DNA of 64,000 bases from Azolla caroliniana (Eukaryota > Plantae > Polypodiophyta), in contig JBHGNT010000015.1 in assembly GCA_043228905.1 (NCBI GenBank), positions 4,464,001-4,528,000 of the forward strand, written 5' to 3'. Positions 38,886 to 52,085 of the stretch are shown here, one piece after another (position 1 is the first letter of the stretch; each line of letters opens with the position of its first letter). The notes under the pieces were generated by a model that saw only the letters and a program-made list of their open reading frames with translations, did not search any database and had not been told where the DNA came from. The translations under genes and the position numbers were made by a program.

Positions 38886-39364
38886 TACCCACATCCTAAA
38901 GGTTACAAAGACGGAACTTTAAAGGACTAGAAAATTTGTGTGAAGTATATACAAGATCACAAAGGACTCCTTGCAGATGTGTTTCGACCAATGGACAAAA
39001 GAAAGAAAGCACGCAATGGACAGACATGTCAAGCAATGAATGGGTCATAAATCCAACACGGCATTTCCTATTTCACACATTGTATCTCTAACTATCATCT
39101 CCTAGAACCCTTCTTCGGTCTCTTGTTTAAATATCTAATTTGTTAAGAATGGTATCAAAAAACGACACATTCCGAGATTTGCTATCAAGCCCTAATGATT
39201 TGCAACAAGCTTGTGAAGTCTCTAATCATCTAATTTGTTAAGAGTTTGTGTGTTTTTCCAACTTAGTTCCAAAATTTTCAAATCAAGATTCAAACTTTCC
39301 TAAAATGGCATAATTAACCTTTGAAAAAGGTGGTTGAAGAAAATATTTGAACAAAGAGTCAACC

Positions 39365-39560
39365 TGAATCAATAAGCCGTTTAAAATACGTTAAGCCAAT
39401 AAAGGCTCAAACAGAACCGTACCATTTAAACCGTAAATCAAGAAGCCGTTTAGAATCCGTTAAGCCAATAAAGGTTCAAACTGAAACCGAACCATTTAAA
39501 CCGGTAAGCCACAGTATCTACTATCATGGTTTAGTACGGTTTAAACTAAACCGTTATGCA
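39365..39560. repeat. ~72-bp tandem duplication of AACCG-rich motifs, possibly a non-autonomous DNA transposon end
   Basis: AAGCCGTTTA.AAT.CGTTAAGCCAATAAAGG.TCAAAC twice; similar motif cluster at ~48630-48715. Confidence 0.45.
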
Positions 39561-39709
39561 TTGCAATTGTGAAACCCAAAGTGCTATCCATATCAGAAAC
39601 AATAACAGTTTTTTATGAACTGCGAAGCCTCAAACAACCGAATTGTTAGAATGAATGGTTTGAGAAGTTGCAAATGCTTGAGCTGTTCTTTTATTTTTAG
39701 GGTTTTTTA

Positions 39710-39868
39710 GAGGCCCACTCCTCCGGAGAGGAGCAAGAGCCTTTGCAAAAATTCTCCGGGGCTCCTTTAGCAGGAGCCGGGGAGGGGGGTTGGAAATAGT
39801 TTTCAACCAGCAATTGACGCGTCTCGGGAAGCCCTCACTAACTGCGTCATTGCCCCAAGCGCAAAGAT
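39710..39868 (-). ncRNA. U4: U4 spliceosomal snRNA
   Basis: Minus strand reads ATCTTTGCGCTTGGGGCAATGACGCAGTTAGTGAGG...GCGTCAATTGCTGGTTGAAAACTATTTCCAACCCCC, with Sm site AATTTTTG and a 3' hairpin. Confidence 0.95.
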
Positions 39869-39893
39869 GAAGATAAACAGAGAAGCCCCTCGC

Positions 39894-39934
39894 TATTTAT
39901 AGCCATATCCTTCCCCGGCCTTTCTATGTGGGAC
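39894..39934 (-). promoter_or_regulatory. snRNA promoter of U4
   Basis: GTCCCACATA 39934-39925, 23-nt spacer, TATAAATA at 39901, start 33 nt later. Confidence 0.9.
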
Positions 39935-42900
39935 TGCCAAATATTGCCTGCTACACTCAGTCAGACACAGACCTAACCATTCCATACTCAGATGTCCCAC
40001 GACAAACCTAGAGAGAGAGAGAGAGAATACCTAAAACAAGGAATAGGATTGACTGCCTCACCAAAATAAAACCCAAATGACCCACTCATATGCCCATATG
40101 ATGCTTCATGTCGCACACTCACACACAAACCATTTACATCCATATATGCATGTCATGTCCATTTTTACAGCTGAACATGCCAAAGACATCAATCCGAGTT
40201 GAAAATAGTCCAGTATAGAAGAATTAAGATTGCTTCGTAAAGCAAAAACATGGAGAACTTCAAGATTAGACAAGTACGCGAGTCAGGAGAACGATCTGAG
40301 GTGAGAATTCTTTAGAGCATTTGTATTGACTCACTACCATAACTTGAGAAATAGTCACAATTGATTGTGAATTAACACAACAGCATCTGTTAACCATGGG
40401 CAAAAAACATGGCTAAAGAGTTACTACGAGGATGTATATTTAACCTACAACATTGGGCTAATAAAAGGATGAAGATGAGTATACAATAATAAGCTTGAAA
40501 GAATTGAACACGGTGAATCAGTTAATACAAGGTATGTTATATGTAATAGTATGGTTTTTTCATTCAAAATTAAATGCTAGTTCATAGAAGAATGGATGAG
40601 TTAAACACAAATAATGAGTTAATTACTTACTAAGATGTTTACTTGAAATTCACTATTGACAACAACTACTTTCGAACATGACATTTGACACATGGTAAGA
40701 CTTGTTTCTCCTTGAGAGCTTCTTATGTCTTCTCTTTTTCTTCTTTCGAGTAATCAACAAAGCCTACTTGAGATTTGTAAAGACCAACATGCAATAGGAA
40801 GTAGCGCAGTCACATACAAATATCATTACACCCAAAATCAAACAAAATAAATGAATCTAAACCCTAACCAAAACATAATTGGACTTGTGGCCATGTAAGG
40901 AATGTCAAAAGCATTCTACTACTTTATTAAGAGGCAAAGGTGATTTAATACAAGTTATTTTTTATAGAAACAAAAACCACAACATAAGGATTGCTCAATA
41001 CAGCACAATTTAAAATGTGAAAAACCTTTTAGAAGGGATAGATAACCACGAGACGAAGTGCAAATACGAATCATTATCAATAAATATAATAGATTACAAT
41101 AATGTCCCACTCTATATAAACTCAGTGTTACATTAAATGAGTACATCCTCCTCTAATTACTTAAACCCAACAAAGTAAAAAGTACCATAAAAACTCACTA
41201 CATGCAACTATTGATAGTGGTGTATCACAAACAATGTGATACGGGACATGAGAACCTTGATCTAATGTTAAAAGAGTACTCACAATGCGACTTTTACATA
41301 GGCTTGTAGGTAGCATGATTTGTATAAAGAGGTGCAAAGTGTCACTCTATCATCACTAGGTGTGTTACACTGATTGCACTTCTATGTATCGACAAAGTTT
41401 GCCTCCACACCGATACCAAGGGGTTCTGTCCGGCATATACCCTAAAAATAGTGAACCGTGTAAGAGTGGTTGTTAATCACTCTCGAGCAGCTAGCCTTAC
41501 AAACCCTAACCTCCCTCACCCTCACCCTCACTTCAGTAAGACAAACCTTATGAAGAAGTTAACCTCGACTTTAAGCAAGCTTAAATATTAAGCACACACA
41601 TATATGAAGTCACAAGATTACACATAGTAGTGTTAAACCCACCTTGATTAAGAAGGGAAGTCACACACCACATATAAAAGGGGACGATTTAAAGTTTGAC
41701 TAATTAGCACTTGACACTATTTGAACAATTCACAAGAGTATATGGGAGTAATGGAGGGAGAGTGTTTGGATCTCCAATTATAGTGGCAGATAATGAGGTG
41801 CCAACTTGTATGTCTTGGACAACTTTAGCTATCTTCACATTTTCACTCACTTTTTAATACACATGTTCACCCTCACCCCTTGCACACTTGGCCTTGCAAT
41901 ATAGTGTTTTGGCCTTCTATCACGAATGCACCCTTTGCCCACCCTTGGGCCTTAGTTAGCTACTTCCAAACACGCCACTTGAGAGTGTTTTTCGGGGACT
42001 TGGGAACCCATTGCAGCTTTGGCATTTTGGCCAAGCCAATATGTTTCTATATGTTTTGCAAGTTGGATGTTGCCAATTTAGCTAGCTAGAATTGGTTTTG
42101 AATTTATAGTTGGTGTTATAGATTGAAACCATCTCAGGATTGCACGGTCTATTCAGGTGATCATGTACTTATTCTCATGTGCCCATGCATGTAATCTCCT
42201 TTGCCATATACGCATAAAAAGATGCAAGTGGGAAAAACAATCATCATTATCCCACATTTTGGAATATTTTTTCAACACCTTGGCATTATGACGCTATTAT
42301 GTATTTTGAAAGGGTAGTTGTGAAACCAACAACGTAGGCATGCTAATTTAAGAACCATGTGAAATGCACGGTTGGACCTTCAGAGACCTCAAGGTGAACC
42401 TGCCTCTTGAGGAAACTTGACCGCTTGAAACAACTCAGTTAGGTTTATATGCTTATTTCATTGCAATTAGAAATCAGCCCTTTCATGTAAATTTTGAAGC
42501 AAATGTCATATACTCGTTGGACAATCAATAGCTTGTCAAGCCCAATGACATTCGAAGGCTTACCTTTGTGTGTTTTTCTTATTCTAGTCACCAATGCTTT
42601 CTAAGTGCTAAGATGGAATTAGAAATTAGGAGGGACAAGGCATGAAGTGAAACATTTATTGCATACATTGGCAAAGGGGGGTCTTGATTGATTGTTTCCT
42701 GCTGATGCTAGATAATCGATTTCTGCTGCTGTTTTTGCCAAGAAAATGATATGGATACTGATTTCTGTTATATTCTAGCTGATTTTATCTATATCTGCCC
42801 CTGGTGTGAACAAGTGTCTGATTTATTGCGGCATATGATCTCGTTTCCATTGTTGTGTATGTATCTCAATTCGCTCAGGTAGATCGGTGCGTTTCTACAT

Positions 42901-44011
42901 ACCTCAAACAAAAGAAACATATCAAGTCGCACAGGTAGATCTGTGCATTTCGATGATTGTTATGTGTGTACTGATCCTGAAATTTACTGTCTATCTGCCT
43001 TGGGTTAGGTTGGCATCTCAATATATAGGAGGCAGGCCAATGCCACATACACGCACATTACTATAGACATTTGGTAGCGTTGAAAGCACAGTCCCCACAA
43101 TCACTCTAGTAATCACTCGATGATTATATAAACAGATCCCCACAACCACTCTAATTGCTCCCAGATTATATCGCTAGTTGCAAAGGTTCTTACATACCGT
43201 AAAGCAGGTTTTATCAATATATAATTGTAACATAAATTTCAAAATGTAGCAGTAGTTTCCCAACATTGTAAATTGAACAAACTTGCGTTTCTTTTCAAAC
43301 AGCTGGGAAATGCGTTTACATAACTTTTGTATGAAATAAAGAAAGACCTAGAAATCTGATTTTTGTTGATGAATATTGTTGTTTCTGAATATTTGGAACA
43401 TAATTTCAATTTGGTTCAATGTAATTTTGTCATGAAACAATGTAAATTTTTTGATTTGGATTTTGGGGTAACCAAGTCGGTGTACTTGCCATTAATGTTG
43501 CCACATTATTATGGTGACTCTCCTTATTTCTTTCCATTAAACCATTCCCTTGTTGCCTGTTTCTTCTTCATTTCATCTCTCGATGTTGCAATGATTCTTA
43601 TCCAACTAAACAGGGCCTTATTATAGCTACCAAATCTCTTTTGCTTAAGGGGCCATAGTTTATAGCTTTTGCTTGATTACAGAAGTGATCTATGATGGCT
43701 AATTCATCACTGCATGTGCCAGCAAAGAGAATGACTGTCATGTGCATTTACATAGTCTAACAGAATCATATTGTGATTTGCACATAACATCTTGTTTGTT
43801 TGCTAGGGTTTCTGGTATCCATATCTTTATTGCACAAGAGGATCTGGTGTCCTGCATTACTTTCCAGTTAAATCTAACGACACTGTTTGCGTCCTTAGCC
43901 TGATGTCTTAAATCAAAGAATAAATAACAGATGCCCAATGAAAGGGAGTAAAATGAAGTTTAGCTCAAAAATTTGTTGCACCTTTTTCCTATCAAATCCT
44001 GGAAGATCTAA

Positions 44012-44057
<46 letters not shown>

Positions 44058-46729
44058 TTCATCATACTTAACTCTTCTTCTTATTCTGGTGTAGATTTTT
44101 GCCATATCTACTCTAACTTGAAGCTTCCAAACTAATAATGTCAAGCCTATTCAGTCTTTCAAAATCGAAGCTCAGTCCTTAGTTTCAGAGAGATTGTTTC
44201 ATGTTATGTATACCCAAAAAATGTCATTACGAGCGTGCCCGATATGATAAAAAACACAACAATGTCAACGAAACAACCTACCAATAACTCTTTTTGGAAC
44301 CATAATTGTTTCATAAAAAAGGATTGAATTTGCATTAAATCTGAATAATTTGTCCACACATTGGGCAAATTGTTGCATCTTTTTGTCAAAACAGAATGTA
44401 AGTGTATCATTTGATTCATCACAAACCTTGATGCCTTCCATAACATCTCGGTACTTCATACACTTTACTAACCAAAATAGCCCAAGCAACATACTCATCC
44501 CCTTACGACGACAGATCCTTAGCCCATATGTAGAGAAGTGCCCAGTTCTTGTTCTCGAGGCCTCCACCATTTCTAGTGTTTGCGAGAACGTGATCTGGGT
44601 CCATTCGTCATTTTTAATTTCCTCTTAACGGTATTCCAAATCTCATAATTTTGAGCCTCATATAAAGTTGGGGGTTTTATATTTGTGTGATTGCATCCAT
44701 CTACTTAATTACGCTTACAGATTTAGGGTATGAATTGGCAAATATTAAGAAACCAAATAACGATGAATTAATGGGCTCAACATTGATAAATTGTTGGCCA
44801 AATCAACTATATGCATGCTCATTGCTTCCATGGTAGTATACATTGTCTAATGTATCTTCTCTATAGGATTCAAAATGGTATATAATTGAAAGAGTGGATC
44901 ATTCTATATAATTGAAATTAGTAAAGATTTAGTTGAATGTTTCTGCATTTCCATTCGACCCATACATTCCCTTGATACATATATATGTTCACATGTAGAG
45001 CACCAAACAAGAAGTAAAGTATGGTGAAAAATGAGGGTCACTAAAGTAATGTATGTATTACTCTGTATTACTCTAAAAATGGAAGGGAATGGAACGAGAT
45101 GGATTAATAGAATGGATTGGAGTGAGAAGAATGCTAATTTCCACAAGGTGGGGAATGTATAGGTAAACATGTATGCAAAGACCTTCAATCTGGATCAGCT
45201 ATCAAAAAAATGAAAGGGAAGTAAAAGGAAAGAAATGAGATATATAAGAAGAATGGAATGGAAAGGAAAGGAAAGAAATGGGAGAATTGATGGAATGAAA
45301 CTGGTGATTTTGAATAATACCAGATTGTCAGTAAGTGTAACTGGGTTTTGTATACGGGAAACACTAACAAATCCTGCATTTTTCCTAACAAACCATTAAC
45401 TATGAATTAGTACCCTGTCAGTAAAAAGCTAGAATCTTTCAATGTTCCTTCAGAAGCTTCTCATGCTTTCTGCACTATCTCAGACCTTTGAAGCTCTGCG
45501 AAGAGATGACGGGATTTGAGAAGGAATGTGATGATGCATAGGCAGTCTATAAGGAGAAGAAGAAGAAGGTTAGGTCTGTCTGGACCTCGAGTAGACTCCA
45601 TTGATTACTTACTACCAAGAAGAGAAACAGAACAAAGAAAAAGCTCTCAAGGACAAATCAAGCTGTGTTACATACTCCCAGTTAGAAAGTCACTGCTTTC
45701 TGTGTTCTTTATCAGCAGCATAGCGCCCCTGCCAATAAATAGTAAGTACATCAGGTAAATGTCCCAAACAAGATTTTAATCCAGATTCTCCGTGTTTAAT
45801 TCTTTCCAAGCGTATTAATGACTGCTGATCTATGAACTGGCTCTTTAATTAACCCAATGTTGCAGGTCGTATTAACTTGTTAGCAATACAGATCCTTAGC
45901 ATCTTCTATCTCTTTCCTGCTACTTGCTCCCAAATCCAAATTCTTATGTAAATCGAATCCAATCTGGTTTGTTTAGGTTTTCACTCTGAGAATTCCTTTA
46001 GGGTTTGTTATGTCTAATCATGACATTCTCTTATAAAAATTGGAATGTTCATAATCTGGCTTATTATATTAATACAGGTTATTTTGTGGGTCATGGCTTG
46101 ACATGTGTGAAGGGCAATTCTACTCATCAAGTTGAATTTCAGGAAGTGGTTTGGATACATTAGGACATGTCTTCCAAACCCTAATGTATGGTTGGCTCCT
46201 ATACCTTCCAAAAATGCTACCATGGGTCCTAGGGGACATGCACTCATTTTGCTATGTTTGTAATAATGCCACTGATTTTTGATATTTTCCATTGCCTACT
46301 TCGGTTTAGGTTAGGTTAGGTTGGTTATCCATGCTCATGGATTATGCGAAAGAATGGTCAGCGATGGGAATGCACAAGCTTTAGGGTTTAGGCCCTTTCT
46401 TTTTTAAAGCCCCTTCATTGATATGTAGTCTAGGTACTAAAAACTCCATTGGCACAATTGTTTCTTGCTCATACACTAAAAACGGTGGGTTGTCTTGGCT
46501 ACCTAATAGGAAGTCCAAAATAAACCCGTTCCAATTGTCTCTATTGGCTCTAATACGATCTTCTTGATAGGAAAACTTTTTGATAAGGGAGCTAAAAAGA
46601 ATCTTGTTAGAGCTCTCTGCTCATCCTTTCCATCTCATGTAGTTAGTTAGAGGATCTCTTTCGATGCTCATTGAAAATAATAACCATGACTTTGTTAAGG
46701 AAATGAGAACATCCATTACTTACAAACTT

Positions 46730-48390
46730 CCGAGATAGCCTCAGAGATGAGGCCTCAGATGTTTAACACGGACTATTGAAGAATGGGGCAAAGGTAGTCC
46801 GAGAAAAAGTAAGTCCCCGAAAAGAAGAAAGAAGCAAGAAGGAAAACTATATTTAGCACCTAATGGTGCATGTGGGATGACTACACTCAATGAGAGAGAG
46901 AGAGAAGTGCCAAGTTCAAAACTTTGAACATTGGCTAAAACAACAAGGAATATTAGAAGAAGAAGACAACATATCATGGGTCATGGAGGAAGCCTCATTT
47001 AACGATACAATCGGAGAAATAGAGAGTATCGTGGACTTGAGCCTTCATGAACAACATACGATTCAAGTCAACTCCATCAACATATTACTGCCATCAACGA
47101 ATGCTGACAAAGGGTCATGGAGGAGTTGGTCAAAGTAAACACAAAATATAAACCAGTAGATAAGAAGGTCAAGCCAGTAGCTATTTTGTTACCCGAGGAT
47201 AGTTGGCAAAGGATGAAAGAAGTTACCAAGGATCGAAGTCTTAGAGACCCAAAAGGGATAGGCCATACCTTCATCGAAGAATCAAGAGGGAAACTCCAAC
47301 TCGGGCAGGATGACTTCCTTCTCCCCGAAGAAGAAGAAAGGTGTAAAGAATCAAGAGATGGATTCTGTGCAGCGGAATAGGTATGGACTGTGTGTGTGTG
47401 TGTATGAGAGAGTGAGAGAGAGAGTGTGTGACTGAGAGAGACAAGGAGTGAGACATAGAGAATACGCAAGGTAAAAGTATATTAACAAAGGAGAAAGACT
47501 CAACACATTACAAGGTGGGAGGAGGGTGCTTTATATAGTCACCCTCTCTCTTCATTAACTACAAGACTCATGGAGCATGGGGAATGTGAAAGCTCATAAG
47601 TTATGTGTCATAGAATATGATTCTATGACTCATACTAAATGCTAGAATACAAAGAGGTGACATAATGGTGACTCTTGACCGCTGGAGTGTCTATTCACTC
47701 TCAAGGTGAGTTCACACACTAGACCAAGTTGAGCTTGATTCTCAACACGCCCCCTCAAGCTCAAGTCGGGTCGGTTTCAGACGGTATCCGAAACCCGCGT
47801 CGACTCGCATTTATGCGGAGTTGCAGAATCCGTGCTCCAGCTTGCGTTGTGCGTAGTTACGAAGTCTGTGCTTCGGCTTGCGTTCTTTCTTTGCGGCTTT
47901 GCGCGGTAGATCAGCTCTTCGCGGCTTCGTTGCGCGGTTGCGTAATCCACGCGTTATTGCGTAGTGTGCGCGGTTTGCGGAATCCACGCGTTATTGTGTA
48001 GCGTCTTCAGTACTCCCCCTCAAGCTTGGTAGGTCAGGGATCGACAATCCGAGATCGGTCATGAATTTCCATAGCTTGTCAACTCCTAAGGCTTTAGTGA
48101 AGATGCCGGTCGTTTGAAGATTGGTGCTAATGTGTTGTAGGTTGACATCGTCAGCTAGAACGCGCTCTCGGATGAAGTGATAGTGCACTTCGATGTGCTT
48201 TGTCCGCGCGTGGAACACCTGGTTCCGAGCTAGATAGATACTGCTCATGTTGTCGCAGTAAAGGGAAGTCGGATCCTTGATGGGTACACCCAGATCCTTG
48301 ACTACCGTTTTGAGCCATACAACTTCACATGCGGCCATTGCTGCGCTCCTATATTCCGCCTCTATGCTCGGAAGAGCGACGGTTGGTTTC
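46730..48390. mobile_element. duplicated gypsy/copia junction: gypsy 46730-47341, copia 3' LTR 47342-47747, PPT, RNase H remnant (minus strand)
   Basis: Near-identical to 5884-6874 including the insertion point after AAAGG; continues into a PPT and YCDNMSSI...HARTKHIEVHYHF. Confidence 0.92.
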
Positions 48391-49748
48391 GATCTTCAAG
48401 TTAGGTTAAAATTCTAAACTTTTAACATTTCAAAATTTTAAATATTTTTCCTAAAATGTGAAAATTAGGCCTAAAAATGCAAAGGTTGGTCAAGGCAATA
48501 TTCAAGAAAATATTTAATAAAATAATCAAGTGTCGACCCTAAATTGTCAAACTATTTATACTAGAAACCATTAAGTTGATAAAGGCTCAAATTGAAGTGT
48601 TGACCCCCCAATCCGAACTTATTACAAAAACTTGAACTTGAACCAAATCGTTTTAACTGTTTAGCCATGGTTTCGTGGTTTGGTTTGGTTTGGTTCACAA
48701 ACTAAACTGTTATTGACTAGTAATTTCGACAACATTTTTTGGTACTATGTTGGCCAATACCACATCAGATCATAGGGCTACACTAGTATGATTTTCACTA
48801 CCATATTGGATGTGTCTCGCAAAAACATGGAACCCTTTATTCTAGTATAGTGGTCAATCCTTTAATGCTTTCAAGAACACGAGCATTAGTCTTGGATATG
48901 CTTTTTACTGAACCAACGTCCATGTCAATGAGGTCTTTGATAGAGTAGTAGGATTTGCCTTGCAAGCCTACTCAACATTTGTTGGCGTTGGGGCTTCGAG
49001 AATAGCATTAACCTTTCGTAAATGTGTTTCAATACTGTATTTATTGATTGAAGATTTGACAAAGGAGACATTTGGTTGAAGTCCACGACATCACTACATT
49101 TCAAGCGGTTTTACGAACCTAGAGTTTTTCAGTTTGGCATGCTCATCTGTTTCACTTCTTCATCCCTTTCCTCCAAAGCTCGCAATATGTTGGCAACTCT
49201 TGCACAACAAATGCCTTCTCAACCGTGTTCGTTTATAAGTGGATGGGGGGGGGGGGGGGGATCACATCTCGCAAATGGTGGTGATGGAGTGCAAGGGTGT
49301 TTGGTTGTATGTGCATAATAAATATATTGGTGGTTCCTTCCTACGATACTCAACAACTTTTGTAACCCTCGTCATTAGTGCTTGGTTTGTATGTCACAAC
49401 CTTGGTCTCCAAACATTGTACGTAACATATGTATATAAATGAAAATCGAGTTGAATTGGGTGTGTATGAGGTGTGATATCTCTATGTACATATATAGATA
49501 GGAACCAAGGTCCAAGATGTGAGACGTGAAGGGGCGAAGTAAGTACGGGGCGAGGTTAGAGGCACACACACTCACCCACCCTCAAATAATAGTGGGGTTC
49601 ACCCTAGATTGATTGTGTACATAACATATACATATGTATAGGAGGGGGAATGGGATGGTTAGTTAGTAAGGATTCAGGAAGGAGTGTGCGTATCGTCATA
49701 GTGAGAATAAATACAATGAACAGCATTGTGAAAGATTAGATTAGAATT

Positions 49749-49788
49749 GTCCCACATACAAAGGCAACAAAGTGAGTTGTCTATAAAA
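49749..49788 (+). promoter_or_regulatory. snRNA promoter of U1
   Basis: GTCCCACATA 49749-49758, 23-nt spacer, TATAAAA at 49782, start at 49814. Confidence 0.9.
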
Positions 49789-49813
49789 TGAAGGCGCTTA
49801 GGGAAGGTAGAAC

Positions 49814-49977
49814 ATACTTACCTGGGCGGGGTCTATCGGTGATCAGCAAGGCCGATGGCTTAGAGCCGGCGCCTCCATTGCACTATCGGAGGGGCTGTTT
49901 GCTCTAGCATCTCCCCAATGTGGCAGAGTGCACGTCATAATTTGTGGCAGCGGGGGCTCGCGTTCGCGCGGCCCCCT
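49814..49977 (+). ncRNA. U1: U1 spliceosomal snRNA
   Basis: ATACTTACCTGG 5' end, loop I GATCAGCAAG, loop II ATTGCAC, Sm site AATTTGTG, terminal stem with TTCG loop. Confidence 0.96.
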
Positions 49978-50907
49978 TTCTCAATTTAATTCAATGTAAA
50001 ACATAAATCTGACAGGCACTATTAATTTTTAAGTAGAGTTGCTCAATTATAGTATATCTCGATTCCTCTACTGTGATTTCTGGAAGCAAACCAATTTTCA
50101 TAGCAGTAGGGTCTGATGCATGCTGTCATCATGTAATCCGCCTCGTATCCTCTGCACGCATTTACTGTTTAATATATGTGGTCAATTAGGTTTGTTAGCC
50201 ATGTACAAATATATTATTAAAACCTATAAGCCATGATTTCACTAAATCACTGTTCTTATGGTGGTTTGTTATTATATCAAATGTGTGATTTCAAGTCTAG
50301 TTCTCACTTTTGCCGAGTGAGCCACGAGCAGGAAGTGGTAGGAAATAGGAGAGGCATGAGTCAAGGTTGTCAGATGTAATATTTTTGTCTGTAGGGGTCT
50401 CTCCCCTCTCAACATCCATATTTCCATGTGCACTTCCATGTATGTAATATGCATTAACGACGTTTGTGTCCATCCCATCTGATTCCCCCATATATGAGTC
50501 ACTAGTCTACTTTCCTCTGATGCATGGCGTCTTCTCCTTAATTCCGAATGTGGTCCAAATCTGTCTTAAGGCGTCCAATAATGTCCAAGAAAAGACGGAG
50601 CCTCCCTCTATGGTATATAATAATAAGAACGATCAATAATAGCAAAAACTCCGTTTTGTAACTCCTGTGAGGCACGAGCAGGAATGGAATGAAATCGAAG
50701 AGGCATGGGCCAATTCGGGCAGATGTATAAATCTGGTGGCCCAAGCGTATATCCTGGTTCCATGTGCACATCCTTGCAACGGTTTGTCGTTTGAAAAGCG
50801 CATTTTCCTGGTGCTATAAACCATCAGTCACATTTTCCACTTAAATTGAAAAGGGCGCAGCATAACTTACGATACATAATCATTTTGGAAATTTGAATTT
50901 GAAAGAG

Positions 50908-51114
50908 GGGGGGTGCGCCTGTATTACCTCAGAGGCAGTGCAAGACTGAGGCGACGCACGCAGCTCCCAAAGACAGCAAGCTGTCTCGGGCAGGAGCTGC
51001 CCCCATGAAAGAAATTAGGTTAATATCATGTGGCCTTATAGGCCACGTATCAGATATTAAACTGATAAGAACAGATACTACACTTGATCTTAGCCAAAAG
51101 GCCGAGAAAGGTAT
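50908..51114 (-). ncRNA. U2: U2 snRNA (copy 3)
   Basis: Reverse complement is near-identical to copy 1. Confidence 0.97.
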
Positions 51115-51139
51115 GATTTGAACGTTGCAATTAGTTTCG

Positions 51140-51180
51140 TATTTATAGGTCGCACCCAAACGTGCCTCCCTATGTGGGAT
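51140..51180 (-). promoter_or_regulatory. snRNA promoter of U2 copy 3
   Basis: ATCCCACATA 51180-51171, 23-nt spacer, TATAAATA at 51147. Confidence 0.9.
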
Positions 51181-52085
51181 ATATCTATCTATATGGATAT
51201 ATATGCAGTCGGTTGACTCTTTGCATGATATGCCTAGACTCCACCATCAAAACTTTCTTGAAGAAGTAGAGCTTTTCTTACCATAACTTGTTATGTATGT
51301 AATAGATTTCCATATTTTCTTCCCTTCCTTCAATAATATATTTTGGTGGATAAAAGATGGTAATAAACATTCGAGCATATGAAATTAGTAGTATCATTTG
51401 AAAGCAAATCGAGGAATATGTTCCAAACGCAATCATGTTTGTTAATATCAGCGTTGTACCTTAAGTTGGGGGGATAACACTAACACACTCATTATCTATA
51501 TTTGTAACTAATGATCATCTCATTGGGTTTACTTTAAAGAATAATTTCCTCTATCAATTCATATAAGCATGGATCACATAGTTTCCTTAAATGCTCCCAC
51601 TAAGGTTCAAATTAAAAATAAGCTCCATCGAATTGTGACGCAAGTTCTCATAGGCACGATGAAACTCCTTTCTAGCATTGTATCGGGAACGAAAAGTGAA
51701 ATTGAATTATAATTGAATTCATCTAGACGGGCATTGGTGGAAACAACGGGCATTTTGAGATCAACCGCAGTCGCACACCAACCGATCATCACACAGAGAC
51801 AATCGTTGTTCCCATAAGTAACCAACCAAGGAGACGTGAATCCAAGCATGACAAGTGCACATCAACTACACAAAGATGCAAACATCATATTTCAACAACA
51901 CGATGAGTATGCAACTAGAATTCGTGGAATAGAGCTCTCCAAGCAATGCAACCGAGCAAATGCTTCAAGTTATGTCAGCAATGATAATGTAGGTAAACCA
52001 CACAAATCAAACAATAATGAATTGGTTAACTAATCAATCACAACAAACAAGTAACAACACAGAGAAACAGACGGACTCGTGAATC

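Noticed and set aside
42249-42300. ATCCCACATT USE-like motif
   Set aside because: No TATA at the 23-nt spacing and no snRNA body downstream.
43091-43200. USE-like TCCCCACAA followed by TATATAAA, twice
   Set aside because: It is a ~45-nt tandem duplication; the motif departs from RTCCCACATR and no recognisable snRNA follows.
49488-49526. Minus-strand GTCTCACATC plus TATATA, a possible divergent snRNA promoter
   Set aside because: USE mismatch, ~19-nt spacing, and no known RNA downstream.
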